Assembly (NCBI RefSeq): GCF_043100905.1 | Contig: NZ_JBICHO010000546.1 | Span: 1-46,544, forward strand | DNA from: Rhodopirellula sp. JB055 | Lineage (GTDB): Bacteria > Planctomycetota > Planctomycetia > Pirellulales > Pirellulaceae | Length of the DNA stretch: 46,544 nucleotides | Direction of reading: 5' to 3' | In this document: positions 34,980 through 44,158 of the stretch, in pieces | Position numbering within the stretch: the stretch's first letter is position 1 | How the letters are laid out: every line of letters starts with the position of its first letter | Position numbers and translations under genes: made by a program | Notes under the pieces: generated by a model | Database searches by the model: none | Seen by the model: only the letters and a program-made list of their open reading frames with translations | What the model was told of the DNA's origin: nothing

Positions 34980-36431
34980 ATGTCAGATTCTCCCACCGCA
35001 TCGTCCTCCACCGACAACCCGTACGACGTCGGTGATGCGACAACGCCAACCAACGTGGATCCGGGCATCCAAACGACGAACGACGGTCCAATCGATTCGC
35101 TCAGTCACCCTTCGTTCATCGGTTTCATCGCGACCCAGTTCTTTGGCGCGTTCAACGACAACCTGTTCAAACAGTTGCTGCTGTTGCTCGCCATCCCCAC
35201 CGCGGTCGCGGCAACCGTCGCGGATGGGACTGTGATCGAAGGAGCCGCTGCGGTCGAAGTCTCCGGCGAGCTGACGGATGGACGCGCTGCAAAACCAGCC
35301 GGCGGAGGTGACTTGCAAGGGATCGCGACGGTGGTCTTCGGGTTGCCATTTGTTCTCTTCGGCGGCTTGGCGGGATACCTGGCGGATCGGTACAGCAAAC
35401 GCACGATCATTGTGACCAGCAAGGTCGCCGAGATCGTCATCATGGGACTCGGTCTGCTTGCGTTCCTCGCCACGCCGATGATCGGATTCGCCGGACTTTG
35501 GATTGTGCTGTTCTTGATGGGCCTGCAAAGCACGTTCTTTGGCCCCGGCAAATACGGCATCATGCCGGAGATGTTGTCAGGCAACCAACTCAACCGCGGC
35601 AACGGCTTGGTTTTGATGACCACATTCATCGCGATCATCATCGGCACCGCGGTCGCCGGTCCACTGAAGGATTCGATCGTGCCGGCGGGAGTCCCACAAA
35701 TGGAAGCCGCCTCCGGTTTGTGGATCGGTTCGCTGGTGTGCGTTGGGATCGCGGTGGTCGGAACGGTCACCAGCTTGCTGATCATTCGTCTGCCTGCCGC
35801 GGATCCAACCCTAAAACTCAAAGCTGAATACTTGGCCATCCCGAAAGCGATGCGGACACTTTTGAAAAAAGACACGCCATTGTTGATCGCCTTGCTGGCG
35901 TCCTGCGTGTTTTGGTTGATCGCCGGCCTGACCATCCAGGCCGTCAACTCGCTTGGCAAAACCCAACTCGAAATTTCTGACACAAAGACCAGCCTGATGG
36001 TGTCCCTGATCAGCGTCGGCATCGCCGCCGGCGGCGCTGCGGCAGGTGCTCTGAGCCGAAAACTGTCCGACAAAGTCGTGATCCAAATCGGCATGTGGGG
36101 CGTTGTCGCGTTCTGTGCCGTGCTCGCGATTTCGCTTCCCGGCGGCCGACACCTGCTGGGCTTTGGCGGTTCGATTCCCGTGCTGATCCTGCTCGGTGCA
36201 TCGGCGGCGTTTTTCGCGATTCCGATTCAAGTGTTCCTACAAGCCCGCCCGCCCGAGGAACTCAAAGGCCGCATGATCGCGGTCATGAACCAAGCCAACT
36301 TTTTCGCGATCGTGATGTCAGGCGTGCTGTATCAAATCCTCAACTCGATTCTGACCTCCGCTGATCTGCCGCGAAGCACCGTGTTCGGCGCGATGGCAGT
36401 GTTGTTCTTGCCCGTGGCAATCTTTTATTGA
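34980..36431 (+). CDS. MFS transporter, LplT/Aas-like
   Basis: TQFFGAFNDNLFK, AGYLADRYSK and STFFGPGKYGIMPE motifs; multiple TM helices. Confidence 0.88.
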   Translation: MSDSPTASSSTDNPYDVGDATTPTNVDPGIQTTNDGPIDSLSHPSFIGFIATQFFGAFNDNLFKQLLLLLAIPTAVAATVADGTVIEGAAAVEVSGELTDGRAAKPAGGGDLQGIATVVFGLPFVLFGGLAGYLADRYSKRTIIVTSKVAEIVIMGLGLLAFLATPMIGFAGLWIVLFLMGLQSTFFGPGKYGIMPEMLSGNQLNRGNGLVLMTTFIAIIIGTAVAGPLKDSIVPAGVPQMEAASGLWIGSLVCVGIAVVGTVTSLLIIRLPAADPTLKLKAEYLAIPKAMRTLLKKDTPLLIALLASCVFWLIAGLTIQAVNSLGKTQLEISDTKTSLMVSLISVGIAAGGAAAGALSRKLSDKVVIQIGMWGVVAFCAVLAISLPGGRHLLGFGGSIPVLILLGASAAFFAIPIQVFLQARPPEELKGRMIAVMNQANFFAIVMSGVLYQILNSILTSADLPRSTVFGAMAVLFLPVAIFY

Positions 36432-36509
36432 CCTTCGCTCGAGCGAACGGTTTTGCCAGTCGCCACCGAACCAACCACGCCCGCCAACTGTTGATTTGAT
36501 CGATTTCAC

Positions 36510-36756
36510 AACCCGACGCGTGAGTTTTGAAGTTGCGCTTTTGCGTGAGGCATTGGTTTTTCATAACCCGACGCGTCAGCGAGGCGAAGTCAACATGGTT
36601 TTTCCCTCGCTGACGCGTCGGGTTATGAAAAAGCTGACGCTTCGGGTTTTGAGAAAATCGCAACTTTTTTGAGAAAAGCGCAACTTCAAAACGCGTGAGC
36701 GAGGGACCCACAGGCTCGTTGCAATGGCACGCGATCCCTCGCTAACGCTTCGGGTT
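36510..36756. repeat. REP doublet (AACCCGACGCGTGAGCGAGGGA ... TCCCTCGCTAACGCTTCGGGTT) interrupted by an insertion
   Basis: The left arm is split between 36510-36524 and 36700-36708; the right arm is 36735-36756. Confidence 0.85.
36524..36692. mobile_element. Non-autonomous MITE-like element with perfect TIRs, target duplication and REP cargo
   Basis: GTTTTGAAGTTGCGCTTTT (36524-36542) / AAAAGCGCAACTTCAAAAC (36674-36692); flanking duplication GCGTGA (or CGCGTGAG if the TIR is 18 bp); internal perfect 28-bp IR at 36557-36584/36605-36632. Confidence 0.85.
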
Positions 36757-36789
36757 AGGATTCAATCATTGGCCCGCCCGCCAACTGAA

Positions 36790-36895
36790 GAGGTCGTGCA
36801 GTTTTGAAGTGCGGTGTTGCCAAGCGTTTCTCATCACCCTCCCCCTGGAAGGGTCGAGCGAAGCGAGGGAAGGGTGAAATGAAACGGCACGACCT
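36790..36895. mobile_element. Second TIR-bounded mini-element (GAGGTCGTGCAGTTTT ends) enclosing a REP
   Basis: AGGTCGTGC (36791-36799) / GCACGACCT (36887-36895) around CACCCTCCCCCTGGAAGGGTCGAGCGAAGCGAGGGAAGGGTG (36835-36876). Confidence 0.55.
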
Positions 36896-36949
36896 TTGAA
36901 ATGGATACGGTGGCCTGCCTTCGGGCACGCGTCCGCCTGTTCAATCCTT

Positions 36950-38452
36950 TCATCCCACCAGCAATGCCATCGCGGCGAGCCGTTGCAGATTGGACGCCAG
37001 CTTGGCGGTCACCATGGGTCGCAAGTGTTCTGCTCCCGTGACGACCTGGTCTCCTTCGACCAACCCGCCATTGGCCATCGCGTAAGCGACCATGCTCTCA
37101 ACCAAACCCGCGTGATCTGTTTGTCCATCGCAGCAACGAATCAAGTGAGCCGTTGTGTCGTCCAACCGAATGGGTTGGTGACGCAGGTTGGTGACCGTGT
37201 CGCCCAGCAAAACCTGCTCTCGCGATAGCGCGGTGGATCGTGGATGCGACGACACTTCACGGCAAACTTTCGTCGGCGATGCACTGACGGACACCAAACC
37301 CACGCGAACGAGGTTGAACAGGTCCGCTTGCAAGGTTGCCAACGAACTGGGCTCTTCCGTCTCAACCACCGCACACAGCTCTTGGTAACTCATCGACGCG
37401 GGATACTCAGCGACCAAACACGCGATCGCTTGTCGTGTTGTGGGATCTTCCACAGTCCCACTCAGCCCATTGGAACCGGTGATCTGATCGCCGTCGAAAT
37501 TCGACGTGGTCACAAAGTGCATCGACTCCATCGCGGACGCTTGCATCTGCTCGCTGACGGCAACCGATTCGTGACACAGCAACGTTTGCCGAAACGTTCG
37601 CCGCCGAAAGAAGTCCAGGGTTTGGCCGCGGCGAATCTTGGGCAGTGACGCCAGTGCGGACGCAACATCGGGACGAACTTGTTCATAGGTGGAATCGCCC
37701 CAATCCGCTTCAGCAATCACCTGCAAGCATTGGGTCCCCGCTTCCGCCGCGAATTCATGGAAGTAGCGGGGCCGGTTGGTGTCTTCGAATTGCTCGTGAT
37801 AGATGTACGCTTCGTTGGCTTGATCGAGTGCCTTCAGTTCTTCTTCCAAAGCCAACCGGTAGGCAGACCCTTCAGGAACATTCTGCGCGACCGAACGCAG
37901 CAGGGCTTTCCCATGCCGAAGTCGTTTGTGCGGGTCCTCGATCCCATCGGCGTGATGTCGCATGATGTCACGAGCCATCTGGCGTTGATGCCAACCTGGG
38001 TAGGTGTTGTAGCTGACCAAGGCAATTCCATTGGTGGACAACCGCATCTGACAAATCGCCAGAATCGCTTGCCGTACCTCTTCCGGCACCCAGGAATAAA
38101 CCCCATGAGCGATGATGTAATCGAAACGGTCTTCATCGCTTTCTGCTTCTGTGACCCAATCCTCGATCCGTCCGTGGTGCAACTGAATGTTGGAAAGACC
38201 GAGCTTGCCAATCATCGCGTTGCCCGTTTTCACATGACCGGCGGTCAAATCGATTCCCTCAAAGTGACTGCTCGGCAAAAGTGTTGCCAGCGAAATCAAA
38301 TTGCCGCCGGGCCCACAAGCCAATTCCAAAACGCGACACGACTCCGGCGGTGGTGCATTCACTCCATGCAGCCGAGCGATCGCGGCCATATTGCCCGGAT
38401 GAGTCGCCGGGTGAATGAAATCAGGATAAGGGACTTCGTCGTAGTTGCTCAT
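36950..38452 (-). CDS. Class I SAM-dependent methyltransferase with regulatory domain and C-terminal extension
   Basis: YDEVPYP, VLELACGPGGN, FDYIIAHGVYSWVP, SYNTYPGW, YIYHE and RTFRQTLLC motifs. Start set at ATG 38452. Confidence 0.88.
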   Translation of the reverse strand: MSNYDEVPYPDFIHPATHPGNMAAIARLHGVNAPPPESCRVLELACGPGGNLISLATLLPSSHFEGIDLTAGHVKTGNAMIGKLGLSNIQLHHGRIEDWVTEAESDEDRFDYIIAHGVYSWVPEEVRQAILAICQMRLSTNGIALVSYNTYPGWHQRQMARDIMRHHADGIEDPHKRLRHGKALLRSVAQNVPEGSAYRLALEEELKALDQANEAYIYHEQFEDTNRPRYFHEFAAEAGTQCLQVIAEADWGDSTYEQVRPDVASALASLPKIRRGQTLDFFRRRTFRQTLLCHESVAVSEQMQASAMESMHFVTTSNFDGDQITGSNGLSGTVEDPTTRQAIACLVAEYPASMSYQELCAVVETEEPSSLATLQADLFNLVRVGLVSVSASPTKVCREVSSHPRSTALSREQVLLGDTVTNLRHQPIRLDDTTAHLIRCCDGQTDHAGLVESMVAYAMANGGLVEGDQVVTGAEHLRPMVTAKLASNLQRLAAMALLVG

Positions 38453-38595
38453 CAACGTTGCAATCGGAGAGAGGGAGGAGGCGTCCTCTGAATCTTTCGC
38501 CCCATGAACCAGCATTCATGATGATATGATCGGCGGCCAAGTTTATCACGCGCGACATCGATCGCAGACCACGCTTTCCGATCCAGGGGACACCG

Positions 38596-39894
38596 TTGAA
38601 CGAGATTTTTCCACGATTGGTGTGCGGTCTGGGCATCGTGGTGTTCGTGACCTTGGCGTGGTCCATCAGCACCGATCGACGGCGATTTCCCTGGCGAATT
38701 GTGATCGGCGGCCTGATGCTGCAATTCACGCTCGCCGTGCTGGTGCTGCAAACCCACCTGGGCCGCAAAACATTCAAATACATCGGTGATGGTTTTCAAA
38801 CGCTGATGAGTACGGTCGACGCCGGCTCGGGTTTTCTGTTTTCAACCGGCCCCGCCAACCCGCTGGGCGACTCACTGTTGGCAACCTTCGCGTTCGGAGT
38901 TCTGCCAACCGTGATTTTCTTCTCCTCGCTGATGAGCGTGCTGTATCACCTCGGTGTGATGCAACGCATCGTTTGGGCGATGGCCTGGGTGATGAAGTTC
39001 TCGCTGAAAACCAGCGGCCCCGAAACATTGGCCGCTGCCGCAAATGTCTTCGTCGGTCACACCGAAGCTCCTTTGGTCGTTCGACCTTACCTGTCGAGAA
39101 TGAGCCGCAGCGAACTGTGCGCGATGATGACCGGCGGATTCGCAACCGTCACAGGAGGCTTGCTGGGTGCGTACGCGAAAATGGGAGTGGACATCAGCCA
39201 CCTGCTGACCGCATCCATCATCAGTGCCCCCGCCGCCCTGTTGATCGCAAAGGTCATGGTGCCGGATACCGCAGCGGATTTGACCAGCGATAGTGCGGCT
39301 CGCAGCTCAACGGACAACGACGAAGCGATGACGCTGAACATCAAGCGGACTCATGTGAACGCAATTGCCGCCGCGGTGGAAGGCGCCAGCGATGGATTGA
39401 AGCTGGCTCTCAACGTGGGCGCGATGTTGATCGCATTTCTCGCCCTCATTGCACTGATCGATTTGCTGCTCGGCGGCATCTGCACCACCTTCCGCTGGGT
39501 GGACTCCGACAAAGATCCCTTGATCACTCTTGGTGTGATCCTTGGTTACGCCTGTTGGCCACTGGCTTGGCTGCTCGGAATTCCCGCCTCAGAATGCCGA
39601 GCGGCGGGCGAACTGATCGGGCTGAAAACCGTCGCCAACGAATTCATCGCCTATCAACAACTTGGCCAACTCGTTCGTGCCGACGAACCACCCATCAGCG
39701 AACGCACCGCGACCGTGTTGACCTATGCCCTGGCGGGCTTCAGCAATTTCGCAGCGATTGGAATTCAGGTCGGCGGGATCGGCGGATTGGTCCCCGATCG
39801 AAAATCCGACCTGGCTTCCCTTGGACTTCGAGCCATGTTCGGTGGGTTGCTCGCGTGCTGCATGACCGGTGCCATCGCTGGCATGATGCTCTGA
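38596..39894 (+). CDS. Concentrative nucleoside transporter (NupC/CNT family)
   Basis: VLPTVIFFSSL, ANVFVGHTEAPL, MTGGFAT, NEFIAY and ALAGFSNFAAIGIQVGG motifs. Confidence 0.93.
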   Translation: MNEIFPRLVCGLGIVVFVTLAWSISTDRRRFPWRIVIGGLMLQFTLAVLVLQTHLGRKTFKYIGDGFQTLMSTVDAGSGFLFSTGPANPLGDSLLATFAFGVLPTVIFFSSLMSVLYHLGVMQRIVWAMAWVMKFSLKTSGPETLAAAANVFVGHTEAPLVVRPYLSRMSRSELCAMMTGGFATVTGGLLGAYAKMGVDISHLLTASIISAPAALLIAKVMVPDTAADLTSDSAARSSTDNDEAMTLNIKRTHVNAIAAAVEGASDGLKLALNVGAMLIAFLALIALIDLLLGGICTTFRWVDSDKDPLITLGVILGYACWPLAWLLGIPASECRAAGELIGLKTVANEFIAYQQLGQLVRADEPPISERTATVLTYALAGFSNFAAIGIQVGGIGGLVPDRKSDLASLGLRAMFGGLLACCMTGAIAGMML

Positions 39895-39981
39895 ACCATC
39901 GCCAGTTCCAAATCGAGCGACGCAGAAACGGACATTGAGTTATACTACGGGTTCCTACCGATTGCCCCTCCCGCACTCCGA

Positions 39982-40935
39982 GTGAACACCTTGAACGTCC
40001 GCCGTTTGCATCTCATCCCTGCCCTGATTCTGCTGTTCGTCGCCGCTGCCGTCGTGCCCCAGACCAGCCTGGCAGAAACTCAGAAACTCATTTTGGTCGC
40101 CGGCAAACCCTCGCACCCACCCCGAATGCACGAGTTCAATGCAGGCGTGCAACTGCTGGCTGATTCGCTGAAAGACGTCGAAGACCTGGACGTCGAAGTG
40201 GTCCTGAACGGATGGCCCAAAGACGAAGCTGTATTCAAGAACGCAGATGCCGTCATCTTTTACATGGACGGTGGCGGACGCCATGAAATCGTGCAGGAAG
40301 ACGGCCGTCGCCTGAAAATGATTGACGAGTGGGCCAAGAACGGAGTCGGCCTGGGCTTCATGCACTACGGCGTGGAAGTCTTGACCGATCAAGCCGGCGA
40401 CGAAATGAAACGCTGGATCGGTGGCCACTATGAACACCAGTTTTCATGCAACCCAATCTGGGAACCCACCTTCGCGGTCTTCCCCGATCACCCCGTCACC
40501 AACGGTGTCCAACCGTTCCAAGCCAATGACGAGTGGTACTTCAACATGCGTTTCTTGTCAGGAATGCCCGGCAACGAAGCGAAAGAAATTGATGGCCTTC
40601 AATTCCAACCGATCCTGTTAGCCAAACCATCCGACGATGTTCGAGATGGCCCCTATGTCTACCCGCGAGGCCCCTACGCGCACATCCAAGCATCCGGCGG
40701 CCGGGCCGAAGCGATGATGTGGGTGGTTGAACGTCCCGATGGAGGTCGCGGATTCGGGTTCACCGGCGGTCACTTCCATGACAACTGGGGTATCGAGGAC
40801 TATCGCAAAGTCGTGCTCAACGCGCTGGTCTGGACCGCGAAAGGCAACATTCCCGAAGACGGCATCCAATCCACCGTCACCAAGGAACAATTGGATCAAA
40901 ACCTGGACCCCAAGAAACCTCGCAAGAAGAAGTGA
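39982..40935 (+). CDS. Secreted ThuA-like (class I glutamine amidotransferase-like fold) protein
   Basis: Signal peptide; LILVAGKPSHPPRMHE, DEWYF and RGFGFTGGHFHDNW motifs. Confidence 0.8.
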   Translation: MNTLNVRRLHLIPALILLFVAAAVVPQTSLAETQKLILVAGKPSHPPRMHEFNAGVQLLADSLKDVEDLDVEVVLNGWPKDEAVFKNADAVIFYMDGGGRHEIVQEDGRRLKMIDEWAKNGVGLGFMHYGVEVLTDQAGDEMKRWIGGHYEHQFSCNPIWEPTFAVFPDHPVTNGVQPFQANDEWYFNMRFLSGMPGNEAKEIDGLQFQPILLAKPSDDVRDGPYVYPRGPYAHIQASGGRAEAMMWVVERPDGGRGFGFTGGHFHDNWGIEDYRKVVLNALVWTAKGNIPEDGIQSTVTKEQLDQNLDPKKPRKKK

Positions 40936-40979
40936 GCAGGCAGCCCAGGAACGTTTGAGTTTCATCTCTTAGCCGCTTG

Positions 40980-41137
40980 GACGCTCGCTTTCCGACCCCT
41001 CCCGCTGCACGGGCGGGGTTCTTAAGGCATTGCAAACGCAGCGTTTGAGAACTGCACGACCTCCTGCGTTCAGGAGGGTGATATCAATCTTGCGAGCACG
41101 ACACTCAAAAACTGCACGCCTCCTCCGGGGAGCGGGA
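40980..41137. repeat. Decayed REP/TIR-B array
   Basis: AACTGCACGACCTC (41050-41063) is the exact reverse complement of 36790-36803. A second copy, AAAACTGCACGCCTCC, lies near 41107. CCTCC..GGAGGG-type hairpins are interspersed. Confidence 0.6.
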
Positions 41138-41232
41138 AGACTGTTGTTTTGCCGGAGGTGCCACCAAGCTGTTCCGGCTTGTTCACGCACAAAGAGCTTG
41201 ATGCCAATTTGTCTGAGTGTCCGAACCGACGC

Positions 41233-41724
41233 TTAGAACATCACCGGTTTGCCACATTCGCGGCGAACGGGAACGACCTGTCCGGCGTGCATCATCGGAT
41301 GCGTCCCAATCAGAATCATCATGTCGCCAACGGTCGGGCAAAAAGCTCGCATCTGTTCTGGAGCTGGATCATCGAGTTTGGATTCATCCATCGCTTCGAG
41401 AGCCGCCAACGTGTTCGCGCGAACCTTGGTCATCAAGTCCAAGTATTCAGCCAGTGTGTTGAACTTCGATGCGTCATCGCAATCCACATTGTCTTTGTGA
41501 TGGACCTCTTCAAAGCCTTCGGGCAATTCCGTTTTGAATTCCGGAAACATCCCACCCAGCATCCTCACTTCTGCAACCACCAAGTGCCCGATCTGCCAGG
41601 CCAAATGATTGCAACCTTTTCCCGGTCGACGCATCAGATCCGCATCTTCCAAGTCACCGAGATAGCCTCGAAAGACCATGTCGCTCAAGTTCATTGTCGA
41701 TCGAATCGCATCTTTGACTTGCAC
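41233..41724 (-). CDS. DinB family protein
   Basis: NHLAWQIGHL and HPMMHAGQV metal-ligand pattern; GAGGG RBS before GTG 41724. Confidence 0.88.
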   Translation of the reverse strand: MQVKDAIRSTMNLSDMVFRGYLGDLEDADLMRRPGKGCNHLAWQIGHLVVAEVRMLGGMFPEFKTELPEGFEEVHHKDNVDCDDASKFNTLAEYLDLMTKVRANTLAALEAMDESKLDDPAPEQMRAFCPTVGDMMILIGTHPMMHAGQVVPVRRECGKPVMF

Positions 41725-41849
41725 TGCAATCACCCTCGTTTGAATGGGAGTTGGCTCTCCGAACTGGACGAGGCTGAATTGAATCGAAACGAAACCCAGC
41801 GAGCCGACCGGGTGAGTCTAACCCATCCCACACGTCTCGAAACCGCGGC

Positions 41850-44045
41850 TCAAGCGAGACAGCTGGCGCCAAATTCCACAAAGACCGAATCCACCAAGGC
41901 TGGTGCAAACACGGCAGATGAAGATTCGAAGAATTCGTTGTCGTGCGTGTGATCATGCTCTGACTCGTCATGATGGTCATCTTCATGGTCATGCTCGTCG
42001 TCGTGGCCAGCATGATCATGGTCCGCCAGAAGAACGGAAACCACTGCAGAAACAAAACCATCGAGATGCAGCTCGCTGGGTTTGTGCGGCCCCATCTCGT
42101 CAGCAAGCGTTGCACTGGAATCTGCAACCGGTGGAGTGAATGCGGTTGCGGATGAACTCGCGGTGATCGCCTCCGAACTTCCAGAGGCCGGACCGGAGAG
42201 CGTGTTGATGACTCGCAACGCATCCAATGAAGTGATCTGGTCGTCACCGGTGACGTCGTAGTAATTCCCCTCCTCCAACGCTTCGTCGCCGATGCTGATT
42301 TCGGAAGCACTCGCCGCATTCAAGGCGTTGATCACTCGCAAGGCATCCAATGCAGAGACTTCACCATCCCCTGACACATCAGATGGCTGCAGAAGATTAG
42401 TGGGGCTGGCGTTGTTGATGGCTTGGAATCCAGCGGTCGATGCGATTTGATACTGCTCCGCCGTGGTGCGAGCTTCAAAAAGCAGCACATAGTTCTGGTT
42501 TGCGGACAACGTCGCGGACAACTCGCCCGCACCATCGTATTGGCCGATGGTTTCGAGTTCTTCGTTGAGCACAAAGAACGATTCGGATGGCGTCGCAGCT
42601 CCAACCTTGGTCACTCGCAAAGTCGTGTTCGCCGTAGCACGAAACTGATAGGCCACCGGAAGACTGTTGCCCGGAACTATGATTGCGGCGTTACTGAACT
42701 CGGGTGCGTTCAGTTGCGTTTGTCCAACCGGCGAACCGTCGTCGTCTAAGATGGTGATCAACGCTTCTGCGTTCGCACCCAGTTTGGCGACATTCGAATC
42801 AACTAACCGAACCGTCAACGATTCAAGCCCCTCGTTGGTTGTGTTGTCGACCACATTCACGGTCATCGTCGCCGTGCGTTGACCGGATGCAAAATCAAAG
42901 GTGGCTGGAGTGACCGTGTAATCGGAATTCACCGATGCTGTTCCTGAAATCGCCACCGGCACCGAGATGCTTTGAGAAGGCGCCGCCGACAAAGTCGCAC
43001 GGAGCACCACCGCGCCCTCCGATTCAGGAACGGTGTTTTCGAATGTTGTGATCTGAACCGTCGGTCGAGTGTCCGGCGTCAGTTCCCAACCAATGTCATC
43101 CATGATTGCGTAATCGAGTTCGCTGAGCATCCCGTTGAAATGACTGGTCATCGTCGTTGGAACCACGTCGAGAACCGAGCTGGCCAAGTGGCTGCTGCCG
43201 TTCATCGGAACGCTTGCCGATCCTGGGAAAACCGCGTTGGCCTCAGGCCCCGTGAATTTTCCGCCGGAAACATAGCGACTGAAGGAAGGCGCTGTCCCGA
43301 ACCCCAACACATGAGCAAACTCGTGCGACACCAACGCTCGGAAGTCCGCTTGCCCCGACTCACCTGTTCCCACGGCTCCAAAGTTCCAATCCACTTCGCT
43401 TCGCGTATCAATGGTGATCGCGCCCACCACCGGTGCAAAATCGCTGGGTGTCGATGCAGCCGCCCCCGTCTCGCCCCGAGTGGTCAGATTGTTGATGAAT
43501 GCGTTGGCCTGATTGACGCAGGCTTGGTCGGGACAGTTGTACCCCACCCCAAACGAGTTGTAGCCTCCCAAGCCGCGAGTCCGCCCGGTCAGATTATTCC
43601 CACGAACGTACACGACGATTTCATTGGCTGCCGCACGAAACGATTGCGGCAACGCGGTGAGAGCCCCAGTCCGCGGATCCAAAACCGCTGGCTGCCACTG
43701 AATCTCCGATCGGCTCGGCGGATTGATCGCGGCCAAGGTGTCGTTGAACCGGGATACCACTTCGTCCAACGCTTCCTGCATCACCGCTTTCGCTTGAGGA
43801 TAGCGAGTCGTAAAAAAATCGCTGCTGTCCAGCGAAAAATCCAACCGAACTCGAAGGACACTTTCGCCCTCGGCTTCGCGTCCAGAACTGTCTCGCGAGG
43901 ACACGTCTTCCACAGCCGCCATAGCGGACGGCATCGAAACCTCGCCCCAGCCAGCAGGGGCCTGCGGACCAATCATGGGATCGGCAGCCAACAAGCGTCG
44001 ATGTTCCAAGTTTTCAACGCGAAGGCGTCGGGAAGAGTTCTGCAT
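41850..44045 (-). CDS. Secreted zinc metalloprotease with LEPR-XLL leader, Calx-beta, dockerin and His/Asp-rich tail
   Basis: RRLRVENLEHRRLLA; HEFAHVLGF; Calx-beta SGTASVNSDY...VVDNTTNEGLESL; two dockerin repeats, DVSGDGEVSALDAL and DVTGDDQITSLDAL. Confidence 0.85.
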   Translation of the reverse strand: MQNSSRRLRVENLEHRRLLAADPMIGPQAPAGWGEVSMPSAMAAVEDVSSRDSSGREAEGESVLRVRLDFSLDSSDFFTTRYPQAKAVMQEALDEVVSRFNDTLAAINPPSRSEIQWQPAVLDPRTGALTALPQSFRAAANEIVVYVRGNNLTGRTRGLGGYNSFGVGYNCPDQACVNQANAFINNLTTRGETGAAASTPSDFAPVVGAITIDTRSEVDWNFGAVGTGESGQADFRALVSHEFAHVLGFGTAPSFSRYVSGGKFTGPEANAVFPGSASVPMNGSSHLASSVLDVVPTTMTSHFNGMLSELDYAIMDDIGWELTPDTRPTVQITTFENTVPESEGAVVLRATLSAAPSQSISVPVAISGTASVNSDYTVTPATFDFASGQRTATMTVNVVDNTTNEGLESLTVRLVDSNVAKLGANAEALITILDDDGSPVGQTQLNAPEFSNAAIIVPGNSLPVAYQFRATANTTLRVTKVGAATPSESFFVLNEELETIGQYDGAGELSATLSANQNYVLLFEARTTAEQYQIASTAGFQAINNASPTNLLQPSDVSGDGEVSALDALRVINALNAASASEISIGDEALEEGNYYDVTGDDQITSLDALRVINTLSGPASGSSEAITASSSATAFTPPVADSSATLADEMGPHKPSELHLDGFVSAVVSVLLADHDHAGHDDEHDHEDDHHDESEHDHTHDNEFFESSSAVFAPALVDSVFVEFGASCLA

Positions 44046-44158
44046 GCATCCGGCTCGATTAGAAAAGCAGCGCGTCGGTCCTATCTTGGTCCGCCACGCA
44101 GATGCATTCTACGGGCCGGCAAAGTCAAAGCGAGACGCGCAAAACGAATTGAGTGGAA

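Noticed and set aside
36340-36711. 123-aa minus-strand ORF (TRFEVALF...NPTRQRG)
   Set aside because: It is a translation of the TIR/REP repeats, with no transposase motifs.
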